A stretch of DNA of 64,000 nt, taken from assembly GCA_965140585.1 (NCBI GenBank), contig OZ223267.1, forward strand, positions 96,001 to 160,000, in the 5' to 3' direction. The position numbers were made by a program, and so were the translations under genes. The stretch's first letter is position 1. Each line of letters begins with the position of its first letter. Shown here one piece after another: positions 19,533-28,373 of this stretch. The notes below the pieces were generated by a model. That model searched no databases. It was not told the origin of the DNA and saw nothing but the letters and a program-made list of their open reading frames with translations. The stretch comes from Spirochaetia bacterium (GTDB lineage Bacteria; Spirochaetota; Spirochaetia; UBA9216).

Positions 19533-20723
19533 ATGGGTGTATGGGATGCCATCAAAAAAGAAATCTTTATAGACATCATTGAATGGATTGAAAATGATGA
19601 CTCAACACTTGCCTTCAGGTATGACAGGAAAGGAAACGACATCAGAAACGGTGCCTCTCTTACTGTACGAGAGGGGCAGACCGCTGTTTTTATCAACGAA
19701 GGTCAGCTTGCAGATATATTTACTCCGGGTATGTATGAACTCACAACTGAGAACCTTCCAGTGCTTTCCAGACTGAAGGGTTGGAAATACGGCTTTAAAT
19801 CACCGTTCAAGGCTGAAGTTTATTTCATTTCAACCAGAATTGTGACCGGTTTTCACTGGGGAACACCGGCGCCTTTTATGATCCGTGATCCTGAATTCGG
19901 TGTGTTGAAACTGCGGGCAAGGGGTCATTTCTCAATTCATGTGGTCGATGCCGGAAAATTTATAAAGAATGTCGTTGGTACTGACGGAGAGTTTACAAGA
20001 GATGAAATCAAGGACCGGTTGCGGAAGAAATTTATAACAGAAGCCCAGTCCGCTATTGCAGAGCTTCGCATACCATTTTACGAAATGGCTGCACAGCTGG
20101 ATGATCTTTCTTTTTCAATTAAAGACCGGATAAATTTGGTTTTCATAGAGCAGTACGGGCTTAGTCTTGATGATACCTCCGTTCAGAGCATTGAGCTCGA
20201 TGAAGCCAGCATGGCCAAGGTTGAGCAGCGTGATGAGATGTTTTTCACTGACAGCCGTATTGGTAATTATGAACGTCAGGCTAGGGCTGATGCCATGAAG
20301 ATACTTGCCGGAAACCCGGGTGCAGGCGGTCTTGCCGCTGGCGGAATGGGGCTCGGTATGGGACTTGCGGCGGCAAATCAGTTTGCAGGCGGCGGAAACT
20401 ACGGAATGAATCCTGCAATGGGCATGGGTAACCCTGCTATGATGGGTATGGCTGCAGGTGCAGGTGCCGCTATGGGACAGCAGGCTGCACCGCCGCCTCC
20501 TCCTATGCCTGCTTCTTTTTATATAGCAGTCAACGGCGCTCAGCAGGGACCTTTTTCGCTCCAGCAGCTTTCCGGTCTTGCCGGTCAGGGACAGTTTTCA
20601 GACGCGACCCTGGTCTGGAAGCCGGGAATGTCTTCCTGGAGCCCGGCTTCCTCTGTTCCTGAATTAATCGGCCTTTTTCAAAGCGGTTCATCGAATGTTC
20701 CGCCGCCACCTCCGGCAGGCTGA
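19533..20723 (+). CDS. SPFH/Band-7 protein (YdjI-like) with a C-terminal GYF_2 (DUF4339) domain
   Basis: IDIIEW, LTVREGQ.AVF..EG, Y.L.T.NLP, SPFKAEVYF, WGTP.P...RDPEFG; Gly/Met linker; NG.QQGPF...TLVWK.GM..W.PA..VPEL. Confidence 0.9.
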   Translation: MGVWDAIKKEIFIDIIEWIENDDSTLAFRYDRKGNDIRNGASLTVREGQTAVFINEGQLADIFTPGMYELTTENLPVLSRLKGWKYGFKSPFKAEVYFISTRIVTGFHWGTPAPFMIRDPEFGVLKLRARGHFSIHVVDAGKFIKNVVGTDGEFTRDEIKDRLRKKFITEAQSAIAELRIPFYEMAAQLDDLSFSIKDRINLVFIEQYGLSLDDTSVQSIELDEASMAKVEQRDEMFFTDSRIGNYERQARADAMKILAGNPGAGGLAAGGMGLGMGLAAANQFAGGGNYGMNPAMGMGNPAMMGMAAGAGAAMGQQAAPPPPPMPASFYIAVNGAQQGPFSLQQLSGLAGQGQFSDATLVWKPGMSSWSPASSVPELIGLFQSGSSNVPPPPPAG

Positions 20724-20783
20724 GTCCGCCGGATGGTATAAATGGGGCTGCTTGCAAAATGTATAGATATAAGGAGAAAACTA

Positions 20784-21602
20784 ATGGCTGAAGAAGCTAT
20801 CGGAATGACCGCTCCCGAGGCTGGACTCATTCTTACAGCTGTAATCTCACTTGCAGATGATAATCCGTCGGATGAAGAAGTCATTGTCCTCAGAAAGTTT
20901 TATCAATCTGAAACTGTAGATTCACTGGAGAATAAAATAAATGAAGCAGGGCTGAATTACCCTGAAAATCTTATGGATTTGGAAAAAGAAGCACTGAATG
21001 TCCTAGCTGATGCTGAACCTGCGTTTATTAAGCGTACGCTCGCTGTCTGCCTAAGAGTGGCGGAAGCTGACGGTACAGTTGATCAGCAGGAGTTGAATCT
21101 GCTGAACAAATATTGTGACCGTTTTGATTTGACGGTTTTTCAACTTGAACAGTACTCGAAAAAGAGACTGAAGGAGCTTGATGAAACCCGTGGTTATACG
21201 GATACGGAAGACCTCTCTGATTCTGAGTTACCATTGAATATTGATCTGTCTCAGGGTGAAGCAGGCATTGCACTTGCTACCTGGCTTGCCTTTTCGGACG
21301 ATAATCCGAGTGATGAGGAGATGGCAGTAATAAGAGAATATTTCACTGAGACCGATGTTGAAGGACTTATAAAAAAGATTGAGAAAAATGATGCAGTTTT
21401 TCCGGATTCTGTACATAGACTGGAAGAGTCTGTGAAGAATGCGTTTAAAAAGCTGTCCCGTGATGAACAGCTTAAAATGCTTTCTATTGCCTACCGTACT
21501 GCATACGCCGACGGTGTTTTAGCACCGGAGGAGCACCGGATATTATCCAGGTTTTGTGAAGAATTTGTTATCGGTGAGGGTGAGCTTCGAAACTATTTCT
21601 AA
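20784..21602 (+). CDS. Tandem TerB-like domain protein
   Basis: Two ~140-aa units, each EAG...(A/S)DDNPSDEE...ADG..(DQQ/APE)E. Start moved to ATG 20784 behind SD AAGGAG. Confidence 0.8.
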   Translation: MAEEAIGMTAPEAGLILTAVISLADDNPSDEEVIVLRKFYQSETVDSLENKINEAGLNYPENLMDLEKEALNVLADAEPAFIKRTLAVCLRVAEADGTVDQQELNLLNKYCDRFDLTVFQLEQYSKKRLKELDETRGYTDTEDLSDSELPLNIDLSQGEAGIALATWLAFSDDNPSDEEMAVIREYFTETDVEGLIKKIEKNDAVFPDSVHRLEESVKNAFKKLSRDEQLKMLSIAYRTAYADGVLAPEEHRILSRFCEEFVIGEGELRNYF

Positions 21603-21623
21603 CTAATCAATCAGGAGAAAAAA

Positions 21624-22619
21624 TTGGCAATTCGTGAAGGAAAATGGAAATGTGAATTCTGCAGCGCGGAAAATCTGGGGCGTGACATGAAATGCAGCTC
21701 CTGCGGTGCTGTGCGCGGCGAGAATGTGGAATTCTATCTCGATGATGATGCTGCTGAAGTAACTGATGAAAATCTTGTTAATATGGCTGAAGCAGGAGCA
21801 GATTGGCATTGTGATTACTGCGGTACTGATAACCGTGCCGGAGTAATCAGCTGTCGGCAATGCGGAGCATCCAGAGATGGTATGAAATCCCGTGAAGAGG
21901 CGGTTGCAGGCGGGGAAGATAATTCTGCCAGGCAGGACAGCGGAGCAGGCTCCTCCGGAGGTGCATCAGATAGTCCGGTAAAGAAAAAAGCTCCTGTTGC
22001 TGTTATAGCGGCAGTTGTCCTGGTTATTATTATCGGAGTAGCCGCATTTTTTATCTTCGGCGGGCGTGAAGACGTTCTTGTGCTAGATGGGGGTGAATGG
22101 ACACGAACCATAGGAGTTGAAAGACAGGAGTGGGTTGAATATACATCATGGCAGGATGATGTTCCATCCGGAGCTAGTGTGCTTGAAAGATGGAGTGAAC
22201 AGCGCGGAACTGAAAAGGTTCAGATAGGGACAGAGAAAGTTAAAGTCGGAACCAAGGACAAAGGGAACGGGTTTTTTGAGGATGTATTTGAAGAAAAGCC
22301 TGTTTACAAGGAAGAACCTGTATACGACATAAAAGTCCGCTACGAAGTTATAGAATGGAAGCAGTACCGTAAAGTGGAAGCCTCCGGAAAATTAACTGAA
22401 AAAGCTGAATGGCCTGATCCCGAACTTAAATACAGTGACAGGGAAGGTCAGAAAAATGAAACTGCAGTTCTGTATTTTCACAGCACCGATCCTGAACAGG
22501 AAGGTAAAAATTTTACTTATGATAAGCTGACTGCCGATGAAATGTCAGAATTTACTGCCGGAGGCGAGTATCATGCCGAGGTTTTCGGAACAACAGTGCG
22601 TAAATTTATTGAAGAATAG
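21624..22619 (+). CDS. Membrane-anchored protein with two RanBP2-like Zn ribbons
   Basis: WKCEFC..EN.....CSSCGA and WHCDYCGTDN......CRQCGA, one TM helix, extracytoplasmic C-domain; TTG start behind AGGAG. Confidence 0.8.
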   Translation: MAIREGKWKCEFCSAENLGRDMKCSSCGAVRGENVEFYLDDDAAEVTDENLVNMAEAGADWHCDYCGTDNRAGVISCRQCGASRDGMKSREEAVAGGEDNSARQDSGAGSSGGASDSPVKKKAPVAVIAAVVLVIIIGVAAFFIFGGREDVLVLDGGEWTRTIGVERQEWVEYTSWQDDVPSGASVLERWSEQRGTEKVQIGTEKVKVGTKDKGNGFFEDVFEEKPVYKEEPVYDIKVRYEVIEWKQYRKVEASGKLTEKAEWPDPELKYSDREGQKNETAVLYFHSTDPEQEGKNFTYDKLTADEMSEFTAGGEYHAEVFGTTVRKFIEE

Positions 22620-22643
22620 AATTCAGCCGGGATTGTCTTAAAT

Positions 22644-22675
22644 AAAAAAAAGGGAGCAGCTGTAAAGCTGCTCCC
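22644..22675 (-). terminator. Rho-independent terminator of the RRM gene (between convergent genes)
   Basis: GGGAGCAGCT-GTAA-AGCTGCTCCC with A8 on the left. Confidence 0.85.
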
Positions 22676-22699
22676 CGTCAAACGCAAATATCTGAATAA

Positions 22700-22972
22700 C
22701 TAGAATCTTGGTCCCGGTCTTCTTTCGCGTTCTCTAGCTTCATTAACTCTAAGATTTCTGCCTTTGAAATCCTGGTCATTAAGCATAGAAACAGCAGCAG
22801 TTGCTGCGTCGTCATCGCTCATTTCTACGAAACCGAAACCACGAGGTCTGTTTGTTTCTCTGTCCATGATAAGTTTTACGGATGATACATCGCCGTACTG
22901 TGCGAAGAGTTCCTGAAGATCCTCTTCCGTTGTTGTGTAATTGAGATTACCAACATAGATTGTCTTTGCCAT
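22700..22972 (-). CDS. RRM-domain RNA-binding protein
   Basis: RNP2 IYVGNL, RNP1 RGFGFVEM, LRVNEAR. Confidence 0.97.
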   Translation of the reverse strand: MAKTIYVGNLNYTTTEEDLQELFAQYGDVSSVKLIMDRETNRPRGFGFVEMSDDDAATAAVSMLNDQDFKGRNLRVNEARERERRPGPRF

Positions 22973-23320
22973 TTAAATCCTCTGAAATTTTTTTAATCAC
23001 ATTCCGTTTAATTTAGATTTTGTTACTTGAAATAAATTGAAAGATTAGATGTCAGGTCTGAAAACAATATAAGACAAGATAAATAATAAATAATACAGAA
23101 CAGATTTTACTTAGATAGCTTAAGATAAATTACCGCTGTAGTCAAGTTCAAATTTAATTAAACAAATAATTTGGAATTTCAGGAAAAATAGATTACAATA
23201 TAGTTAACTGATACTTAACTGACGTAATGATTTTGTACAGTAATGATGTCATCCATTATCATCATTACCGGAAACACAGCAAGTACCCTGCTGTGCCACC
23301 CTGCTTGGAAAGGTGATTCT

Positions 23321-23998
23321 TTGATAGTCAGAGACAGAAGGGTCCGGATAATCTCCGGATTCTACGGAAGCGGAAAAACCGAGTTTTCAGTCAATTATGC
23401 TGTAAAACTGGTGAATATGAACAGGAACCCTGTTCTTGCAGATATAGATATTCTCAATCCCTATTTTAGAAGCAGGGAACGTGAATCTGAATTAAGTCAG
23501 CTTGGTGTCAGGGTTATTGCAGGATCTGTAAATGCCCCCGCAGTCGACGTCCCGGCAGTATCTTCCGGGGTTTACAGCATTTTTGATGGAGATGAAGATG
23601 CCGTAATCGATGTAGGAGGAGACCGTGCGGGGGCTGAGGTCCTTTCGCTTTTTTCTGATCGTTTTAATAATCACGATGATTATGATCTATTTTTTCTCAT
23701 AAATGCAAACAGGCCGCAGACTGCAAATCCTGCCGCGGTAATAGACTGTCTTCGCGGAATCGAATCTGCCTGCGGGCTTTCGGTTACCGGCCTGATAAAC
23801 AATACACATATGCTTAAATCCACACAGGTGGATGACATTCTTAAAGGTTATGATCTTGCGGTGGAGGTTTCCAGGGAAACCGGAATACCGCTTAGATATA
23901 ATTCCGGACTCCGGGAGTTTGAATTTGAAATTCCGAAAGGTCTGGATGGGGAGTTTTTCCCGATTGAATTATACATGAGGGAAGCCTGGATGTCCTGA
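23321..23998 (+). CDS. P-loop ATPase (MinD/CobQ-like) leading the vor operon
   Basis: GFYGSGKTE, DIDILNPYFRSRE, DVGGD..GA, INANRP. TTG start at 23321 behind GAAAGGTGA (the track starts at 23243). Confidence 0.8.
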   Translation: MIVRDRRVRIISGFYGSGKTEFSVNYAVKLVNMNRNPVLADIDILNPYFRSRERESELSQLGVRVIAGSVNAPAVDVPAVSSGVYSIFDGDEDAVIDVGGDRAGAEVLSLFSDRFNNHDDYDLFFLINANRPQTANPAAVIDCLRGIESACGLSVTGLINNTHMLKSTQVDDILKGYDLAVEVSRETGIPLRYNSGLREFEFEIPKGLDGEFFPIELYMREAWMS

Positions 23999-24035
23999 TC
24001 ATCCTGCTTCCTTCGAACATAATAAAGGAGGGGCT

Positions 24036-24251
24036 ATGGCAAATGGAAAGGTTTCTTTTAATTATGACAGCTGTAAGGGCTGCGGATTATGCATAAGTGT
24101 ATGTCCGAAGAAGATAATTTTTCTGGATAGCAAGAGAATTAATTCAAAGGGGTATAACCCCGCTACTGTTGAAAAGATTGAGGAATGTATCGGCTGTGCA
24201 AACTGCGCAATGATGTGTCCTGATCTCGTTATCACTGTTGAGAAGTTTTAG
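24036..24251 (+). CDS. 2x[4Fe-4S] ferredoxin-like delta subunit of 2-oxoacid:ferredoxin oxidoreductase
   Basis: CKGCGLCISVCP and CIGCANCAMMCP. Confidence 0.93.
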   Translation: MANGKVSFNYDSCKGCGLCISVCPKKIIFLDSKRINSKGYNPATVEKIEECIGCANCAMMCPDLVITVEKF

Positions 24252-24257
24252 GAGGGG

Positions 24258-25334
24258 ATGATGGAAAAAATACTGATGAAAGGAAACGAGGCTGTAGGTG
24301 CCGCTGCAATTCAGGCCGGCTGCAGATTTTTCTTCGGTTATCCTATTACTCCCCAGAACGAAGTTCCGGAATACATGTCCAGAGAACTGCCTAAGGTCGG
24401 GGGTACTTTTGTACAGGCCGAGAGTGAGGTTGCTGCAATCAATATGGTATTTGGAGCTGCAGGAGCGGGTGCACGGGTTATGACATCATCGTCAAGTCCC
24501 GGAATATCGCTGAAGCAGGAGGGCATTTCATACATTGCCGCTGCAGAACTTCCCTGTGTTATTGTAAATATGATGAGAGCGAGCCCCGGGCTGGGAGGAA
24601 TTCAGCCTGCACAGGCCGACTACTTTCAGGCAACAAGGGGCGGAGGAAACGGAGACTACTACACTCCTGTATTTGCGCCGGCGAGCATTCAGGAACTTGT
24701 TGAGCATGTAATGATTGCCTTTGATGTTGCTGATATCTACCGGACACCTGTAATGGTACTGGGTGACGGAATGCTTGGTCAGATGATGGAATCGGTAACC
24801 CTTGGTGATCATAAGCCGCGGCCGCTTTCGGATAAAGACTGGGCTGTAGGTGCGAAGCGCAGGGATACAGGTGATCAGAGTACAAAGAATGTAATAAAGT
24901 CTCTGTATATCAATCCCGAAATTCTGGAAGCTCATGTAACCAAGCTTTTTGAGAAATACGATCTGATTAAACAGAACGAAGTCAGATATGAAAAGATCAA
25001 CTGCGAGGATGCCGATGTGGTCGCTGTGGCCTACGGTTCAGTTTCAAGGATTGTCCGCAATGCAATGAAAAAATGCGAGGAAGAGGGTATAAAGCTCGGG
25101 CTCATCAGACCGATAACCCTGTGGCCCTTTCCATTTGAGGCTTTTGATGAAATCAGTCCAAAGACAAAAGCCTTCCTGAGTGTTGAGATGAGCATGGGAC
25201 AGATGATAGATGATGTGAAAATTGCATCAAACGGAAGACTCCCGGTAGAGTTCACCGGACGGCACGGAGGAATGATTCCGAAGCCCGAACAGATTGTTGA
25301 TAAGGTAAAAGCAATTCTTGGAGGTGCAGCATGA
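24258..25334 (+). CDS. vorB: 2-oxoacid:ferredoxin oxidoreductase alpha subunit (VorB-type)
   Basis: MKGNEA, FGYPITPQ, QAESEVAA, TSSSSPGISLKQEG, GLGGIQPAQADY. Confidence 0.9.
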   Translation: MMEKILMKGNEAVGAAAIQAGCRFFFGYPITPQNEVPEYMSRELPKVGGTFVQAESEVAAINMVFGAAGAGARVMTSSSSPGISLKQEGISYIAAAELPCVIVNMMRASPGLGGIQPAQADYFQATRGGGNGDYYTPVFAPASIQELVEHVMIAFDVADIYRTPVMVLGDGMLGQMMESVTLGDHKPRPLSDKDWAVGAKRRDTGDQSTKNVIKSLYINPEILEAHVTKLFEKYDLIKQNEVRYEKINCEDADVVAVAYGSVSRIVRNAMKKCEEEGIKLGLIRPITLWPFPFEAFDEISPKTKAFLSVEMSMGQMIDDVKIASNGRLPVEFTGRHGGMIPKPEQIVDKVKAILGGAA

Positions 25335-26074
25335 GTATAGTTTTTGAAAAAACAAAGGGGCTCACCGATACCCCTATGCATTACTGCCCGGGCTGCACAC
25401 ACGGGATTGTTCACCGTCTTGTTGCTGAAACCCTTGTTGAGCTTGATGTGCTGGATCATTGTGTCGGCGTTGCTCCTGTAGGCTGCTCAGTCTTTCTTCA
25501 TAATTACATGAACTGCGATATGTATGAGGCTGCCCACGGAAGGGCTCCGGCAGTCGCAACGGGAGCAAAACGCGTACATCCGGACAATGTCGTTTTCACC
25601 TACCAGGGTGACGGAGACCTTGCATCAATAGGAACCGCTGAAACTATTCATGCAGCAGTCCGCAGTGAAAATATTACAATCATCTACGTTAATAACGTTA
25701 TTTACGGAATGACTGGCGGACAGATGGCTCCAACAACCCTGGTCGGACAGAAATCAACAACATCACCATACGGCAGACAGATGGATGGTCAGGGCTATCC
25801 GATAAAAATCTCCGAAATGCTTGCAACCCTTGAAGGTGCCAGCTTCGTTGAGCGTGTTGCGGTCAACAGTCCCGGAAATGTAAGAAAGGCAAAAAAGGCA
25901 ATTAAAAAGGCATTTGAAACACAGATTCAGAGGAAGGGCTTCAGTATCGTTGAGGTTCTTTCAACATGTCCTACAAACTGGGGTATGACGCCTGTTCAGG
26001 CTTTAAGATGGCTTGAAGATAATATGATTCCCTACTATCCGTTGGGAAATTTAAGAACACCTGAGGAGGGTTAA
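25331..26074 (+). CDS. 2-oxoacid:ferredoxin oxidoreductase beta (TPP-binding) subunit
   Basis: HYCPGC.HG, VGCS, HGRAPA, YQGDGD, NN..YGMTGGQ, CPTNWG. Confidence 0.93.
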   Translation: MSIVFEKTKGLTDTPMHYCPGCTHGIVHRLVAETLVELDVLDHCVGVAPVGCSVFLHNYMNCDMYEAAHGRAPAVATGAKRVHPDNVVFTYQGDGDLASIGTAETIHAAVRSENITIIYVNNVIYGMTGGQMAPTTLVGQKSTTSPYGRQMDGQGYPIKISEMLATLEGASFVERVAVNSPGNVRKAKKAIKKAFETQIQRKGFSIVEVLSTCPTNWGMTPVQALRWLEDNMIPYYPLGNLRTPEEG

Positions 26075-26075
26075 A

Positions 26076-26624
26076 ATGGCTTTTACAGAAGAGGTAATTC
26101 TATCAGGATTCGGAGGACAGGGCGTACTGTCTATGGGTAAACTGCTTTCATATGCCGGACTGATGGAAGGCAAGAATGTATCATGGTTTCCTTCATACGG
26201 ACCCGAGATGCGCGGAGGAACTGCGAACTGCAACGTTATCATTTCGGATGAGCTGGTAGGCAGTCCCGTTGTCACAGATGCGGATACGCTGATTGTTATG
26301 AATCAGCCTTCGCTGGAAAAGTTCGAATCTCATGTTAAACCCGGCGGAATGATACTGGTAAATTCTTCGCTTATTGAAAAGAAGGTTACCCGTACCGATG
26401 TAAAGGCATATTACTTTCCCGTGAATGAGATCGCTGCTGAATGCGGAAGTCTCAAGGCTGCGAACATGGTGATGCTCGGCGCCTACATGTGGCTCCGCGG
26501 CTTCCCCACAGAGGAGGAACTGCTGGCGGCATTTCTGAAGGTATTCGGTGAAAAGAAGAAGGACCTTCTGCCGCTTGATAAGCGTGCAATCGAAGAGGGC
26601 ATGCATCTGGCACAGACTGCCTGA
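26076..26624 (+). CDS. 2-oxoacid:ferredoxin oxidoreductase gamma subunit
   Basis: GFGGQGV, PSYGPEMRGGTANC, NMVMLGA. Confidence 0.93.
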   Translation: MAFTEEVILSGFGGQGVLSMGKLLSYAGLMEGKNVSWFPSYGPEMRGGTANCNVIISDELVGSPVVTDADTLIVMNQPSLEKFESHVKPGGMILVNSSLIEKKVTRTDVKAYYFPVNEIAAECGSLKAANMVMLGAYMWLRGFPTEEELLAAFLKVFGEKKKDLLPLDKRAIEEGMHLAQTA

Positions 26625-26644
26625 TTTTTATAAATAAAAAACAA

Positions 26645-26682
26645 AAAGCGGCTGTTTTCTTTCCCCCGTAAACAGCCGCTTT
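26645..26682. terminator. Bidirectional terminator between convergent genes
   Basis: AAAGCGGCTGTTT-12 nt-AAACAGCCGCTTT. Confidence 0.75.
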
Positions 26683-26690
26683 GCTTTAAA

Positions 26691-27542
26691 TTAAAATCTT
26701 TCTTTAATGATTGTATAATTATATATTTTCTCCTGATAGGAATCTTCAATCTGCAGATGAAGTTCTCCTTCCCAGTCCGAGTCAATGTCGTAGCTTAGAT
26801 CGTTCCACCAGAGTTTATCGTTTCCGTATACGTAGGGAATATCTTCAATTCCCCGTTTTCGCAGAACTGTTTTGCCGTTGTGTTTGACGGTGAATGTGAA
26901 CCATCTTGAAATAGCGTTTGTAAGTTCTATTCTTCCCAGGGTGATTGAAAGTCTGCCGATGTCAGGAAGTTTGGCCTGTTTCTTCTGATAGTCTGATGCA
27001 GAGATAATTCCTGCGGCCAGGTCCTCGGTCAGTCCGTTCTGCAGCTGCTCGGTATCCCGGTAGTCGATGATGAAAAACTCTGTATCCGTATTGTATTCAC
27101 GTTCAGGGATAATGCGGTAGCGGATCCTGAGTGGTTCAACAACTACCGGCTCAGGAGGCGGAGGCACCGGAATCCAGACCGAGGCGGTAAGGGCTGCATC
27201 TTCAACATATCCCAGAGAACCCAGCAGCATTACAAGAGAAAATGGGCTCCATCGCCTGGTAACTGTTTCGGTTTTAATTTTTGCATCATTACCGTATTTA
27301 TCCGCAGCAAGTTCCGCAGCCTGTTTTTCAAGTTCAGATCTGCGTTCCTCCGATGATTTAAGAAACAGCCAGTTCCAGGAGCGCAGTCCTGCATCTATAT
27401 TGCCTGCATACTCATAATCATCCGATACCGGTCCGGCCGGAAGAGAGTAGGCAGAGGGCTTTTCGCCCGTGATGAAACTTGTACATGATGCGGTGAATAT
27501 GCTCAGTATCGGTATCAATATTAAAACTGTCTGTTTGTTCAT
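26691..27542 (-). CDS. Hypothetical lipoprotein, two domains joined by a Pro linker
   Basis: Lipobox FTASC; PVPPPPEP linker. Confidence 0.65.
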   Translation of the reverse strand: MNKQTVLILIPILSIFTASCTSFITGEKPSAYSLPAGPVSDDYEYAGNIDAGLRSWNWLFLKSSEERRSELEKQAAELAADKYGNDAKIKTETVTRRWSPFSLVMLLGSLGYVEDAALTASVWIPVPPPPEPVVVEPLRIRYRIIPEREYNTDTEFFIIDYRDTEQLQNGLTEDLAAGIISASDYQKKQAKLPDIGRLSITLGRIELTNAISRWFTFTVKHNGKTVLRKRGIEDIPYVYGNDKLWWNDLSYDIDSDWEGELHLQIEDSYQEKIYNYTIIKERF

Positions 27543-27557
27543 AAGGAATCCTCTGTT

Positions 27558-28364
27558 TTATTCTGTTCGGTTCCTCATGTGATTTGCTTGAGCCTTATTG
27601 TTGACGGAAACGATTTCTGCTGTAACCGATACGGCAATTTCAGCAGCTGTGTCTCCGCCTATTTTAAGCCCGACCGGTGCGTAGAGGCTTTCCGGAATTC
27701 TTATTCCTTCATCTTTCAACCGGTCAAGTATCATCTTAACCTTCATCTTTGAGCCGATCATTCCAATGTATTTCATTTCAATACCGGACATCAGTACCTG
27801 CCGCAAAACTGTGAGATCGTGCTCGTGGCCGTGAGTGGCTATAAAACAGTATTTGCCGTTTTTCAGTATCGGGACAGCTTCGGATATATCCTCGTATGAA
27901 GCTGTAATTATTCTGCGCGAATCAGAAGCCGTATGTGCGATAATTTTCTGGCGGTTGTCGAATACAGTTATCCTGTATCCTATAAGCTCAAGCATCGGTG
28001 CAAGGGCGGAACCAACATGTCCGCCTCCGAATAGTACAAAATCCGGGTTGCTGTGAAAATGCTCAATGAATATCCGGGCTGTTCCGCCGCAGGACATACC
28101 GGTTTTCTCAAGCTCAATAGTTCTAAGCTCCGGTCCGTTGAGTTCCTTTCTATTCCGAAGTATTTCCACAGCTTCTTCGGACAGCAGCTTTTCAACAGCG
28201 CCTCCTCCGACTGTACCGTAGCGTTCATTCTCAGTTACAAGCATTCTGAATCCTGCCCGTGCCGGAGAACTGCCGTTAACAGATACGACTGTCAGCAGAA
28301 TATATGATGTTCCTGCTTTGTTGAGTTCGGCGCATTTCTGAATTATATCCAAATCTGTAATCAT
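27558..28364 (-). CDS. XdhC/CoxI family molybdoenzyme accessory protein
   Basis: GSSP...G.RM, GTVGGG..E, GMSCGG, LFGGGHVG, ATHGH..D, YIGMIGS, PVGL.IGG.T..EIAVS. Confidence 0.92.
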   Translation of the reverse strand: MITDLDIIQKCAELNKAGTSYILLTVVSVNGSSPARAGFRMLVTENERYGTVGGGAVEKLLSEEAVEILRNRKELNGPELRTIELEKTGMSCGGTARIFIEHFHSNPDFVLFGGGHVGSALAPMLELIGYRITVFDNRQKIIAHTASDSRRIITASYEDISEAVPILKNGKYCFIATHGHEHDLTVLRQVLMSGIEMKYIGMIGSKMKVKMILDRLKDEGIRIPESLYAPVGLKIGGDTAAEIAVSVTAEIVSVNNKAQANHMRNRTE

Positions 28365-28373
28365 ATTCCTGCT

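Noticed and set aside
20734-20748. GG-N10-GC upstream of the TerB gene as a sigma54 promoter
   Set aside because: TGGTATAAATGGGGC lacks the TGC/TTGC context; likely chance.
18888-22675. Shared GAGCAGCTG in two hairpins as a REP-like element
   Set aside because: Only two short copies, and both are explained as ordinary terminators.
22973-23200. AT-rich RRM upstream region as an ncRNA or riboswitch
   Set aside because: No convincing stems or known motif were recognised by eye; an Rfam search would be needed.
23202-23220. AGTTAA-N7-TTAACT as a Rex operator for the vor operon
   Set aside because: The spacing does not fit the 18-bp Rex consensus (4-nt spacer), and the arms are short in AT-rich DNA.
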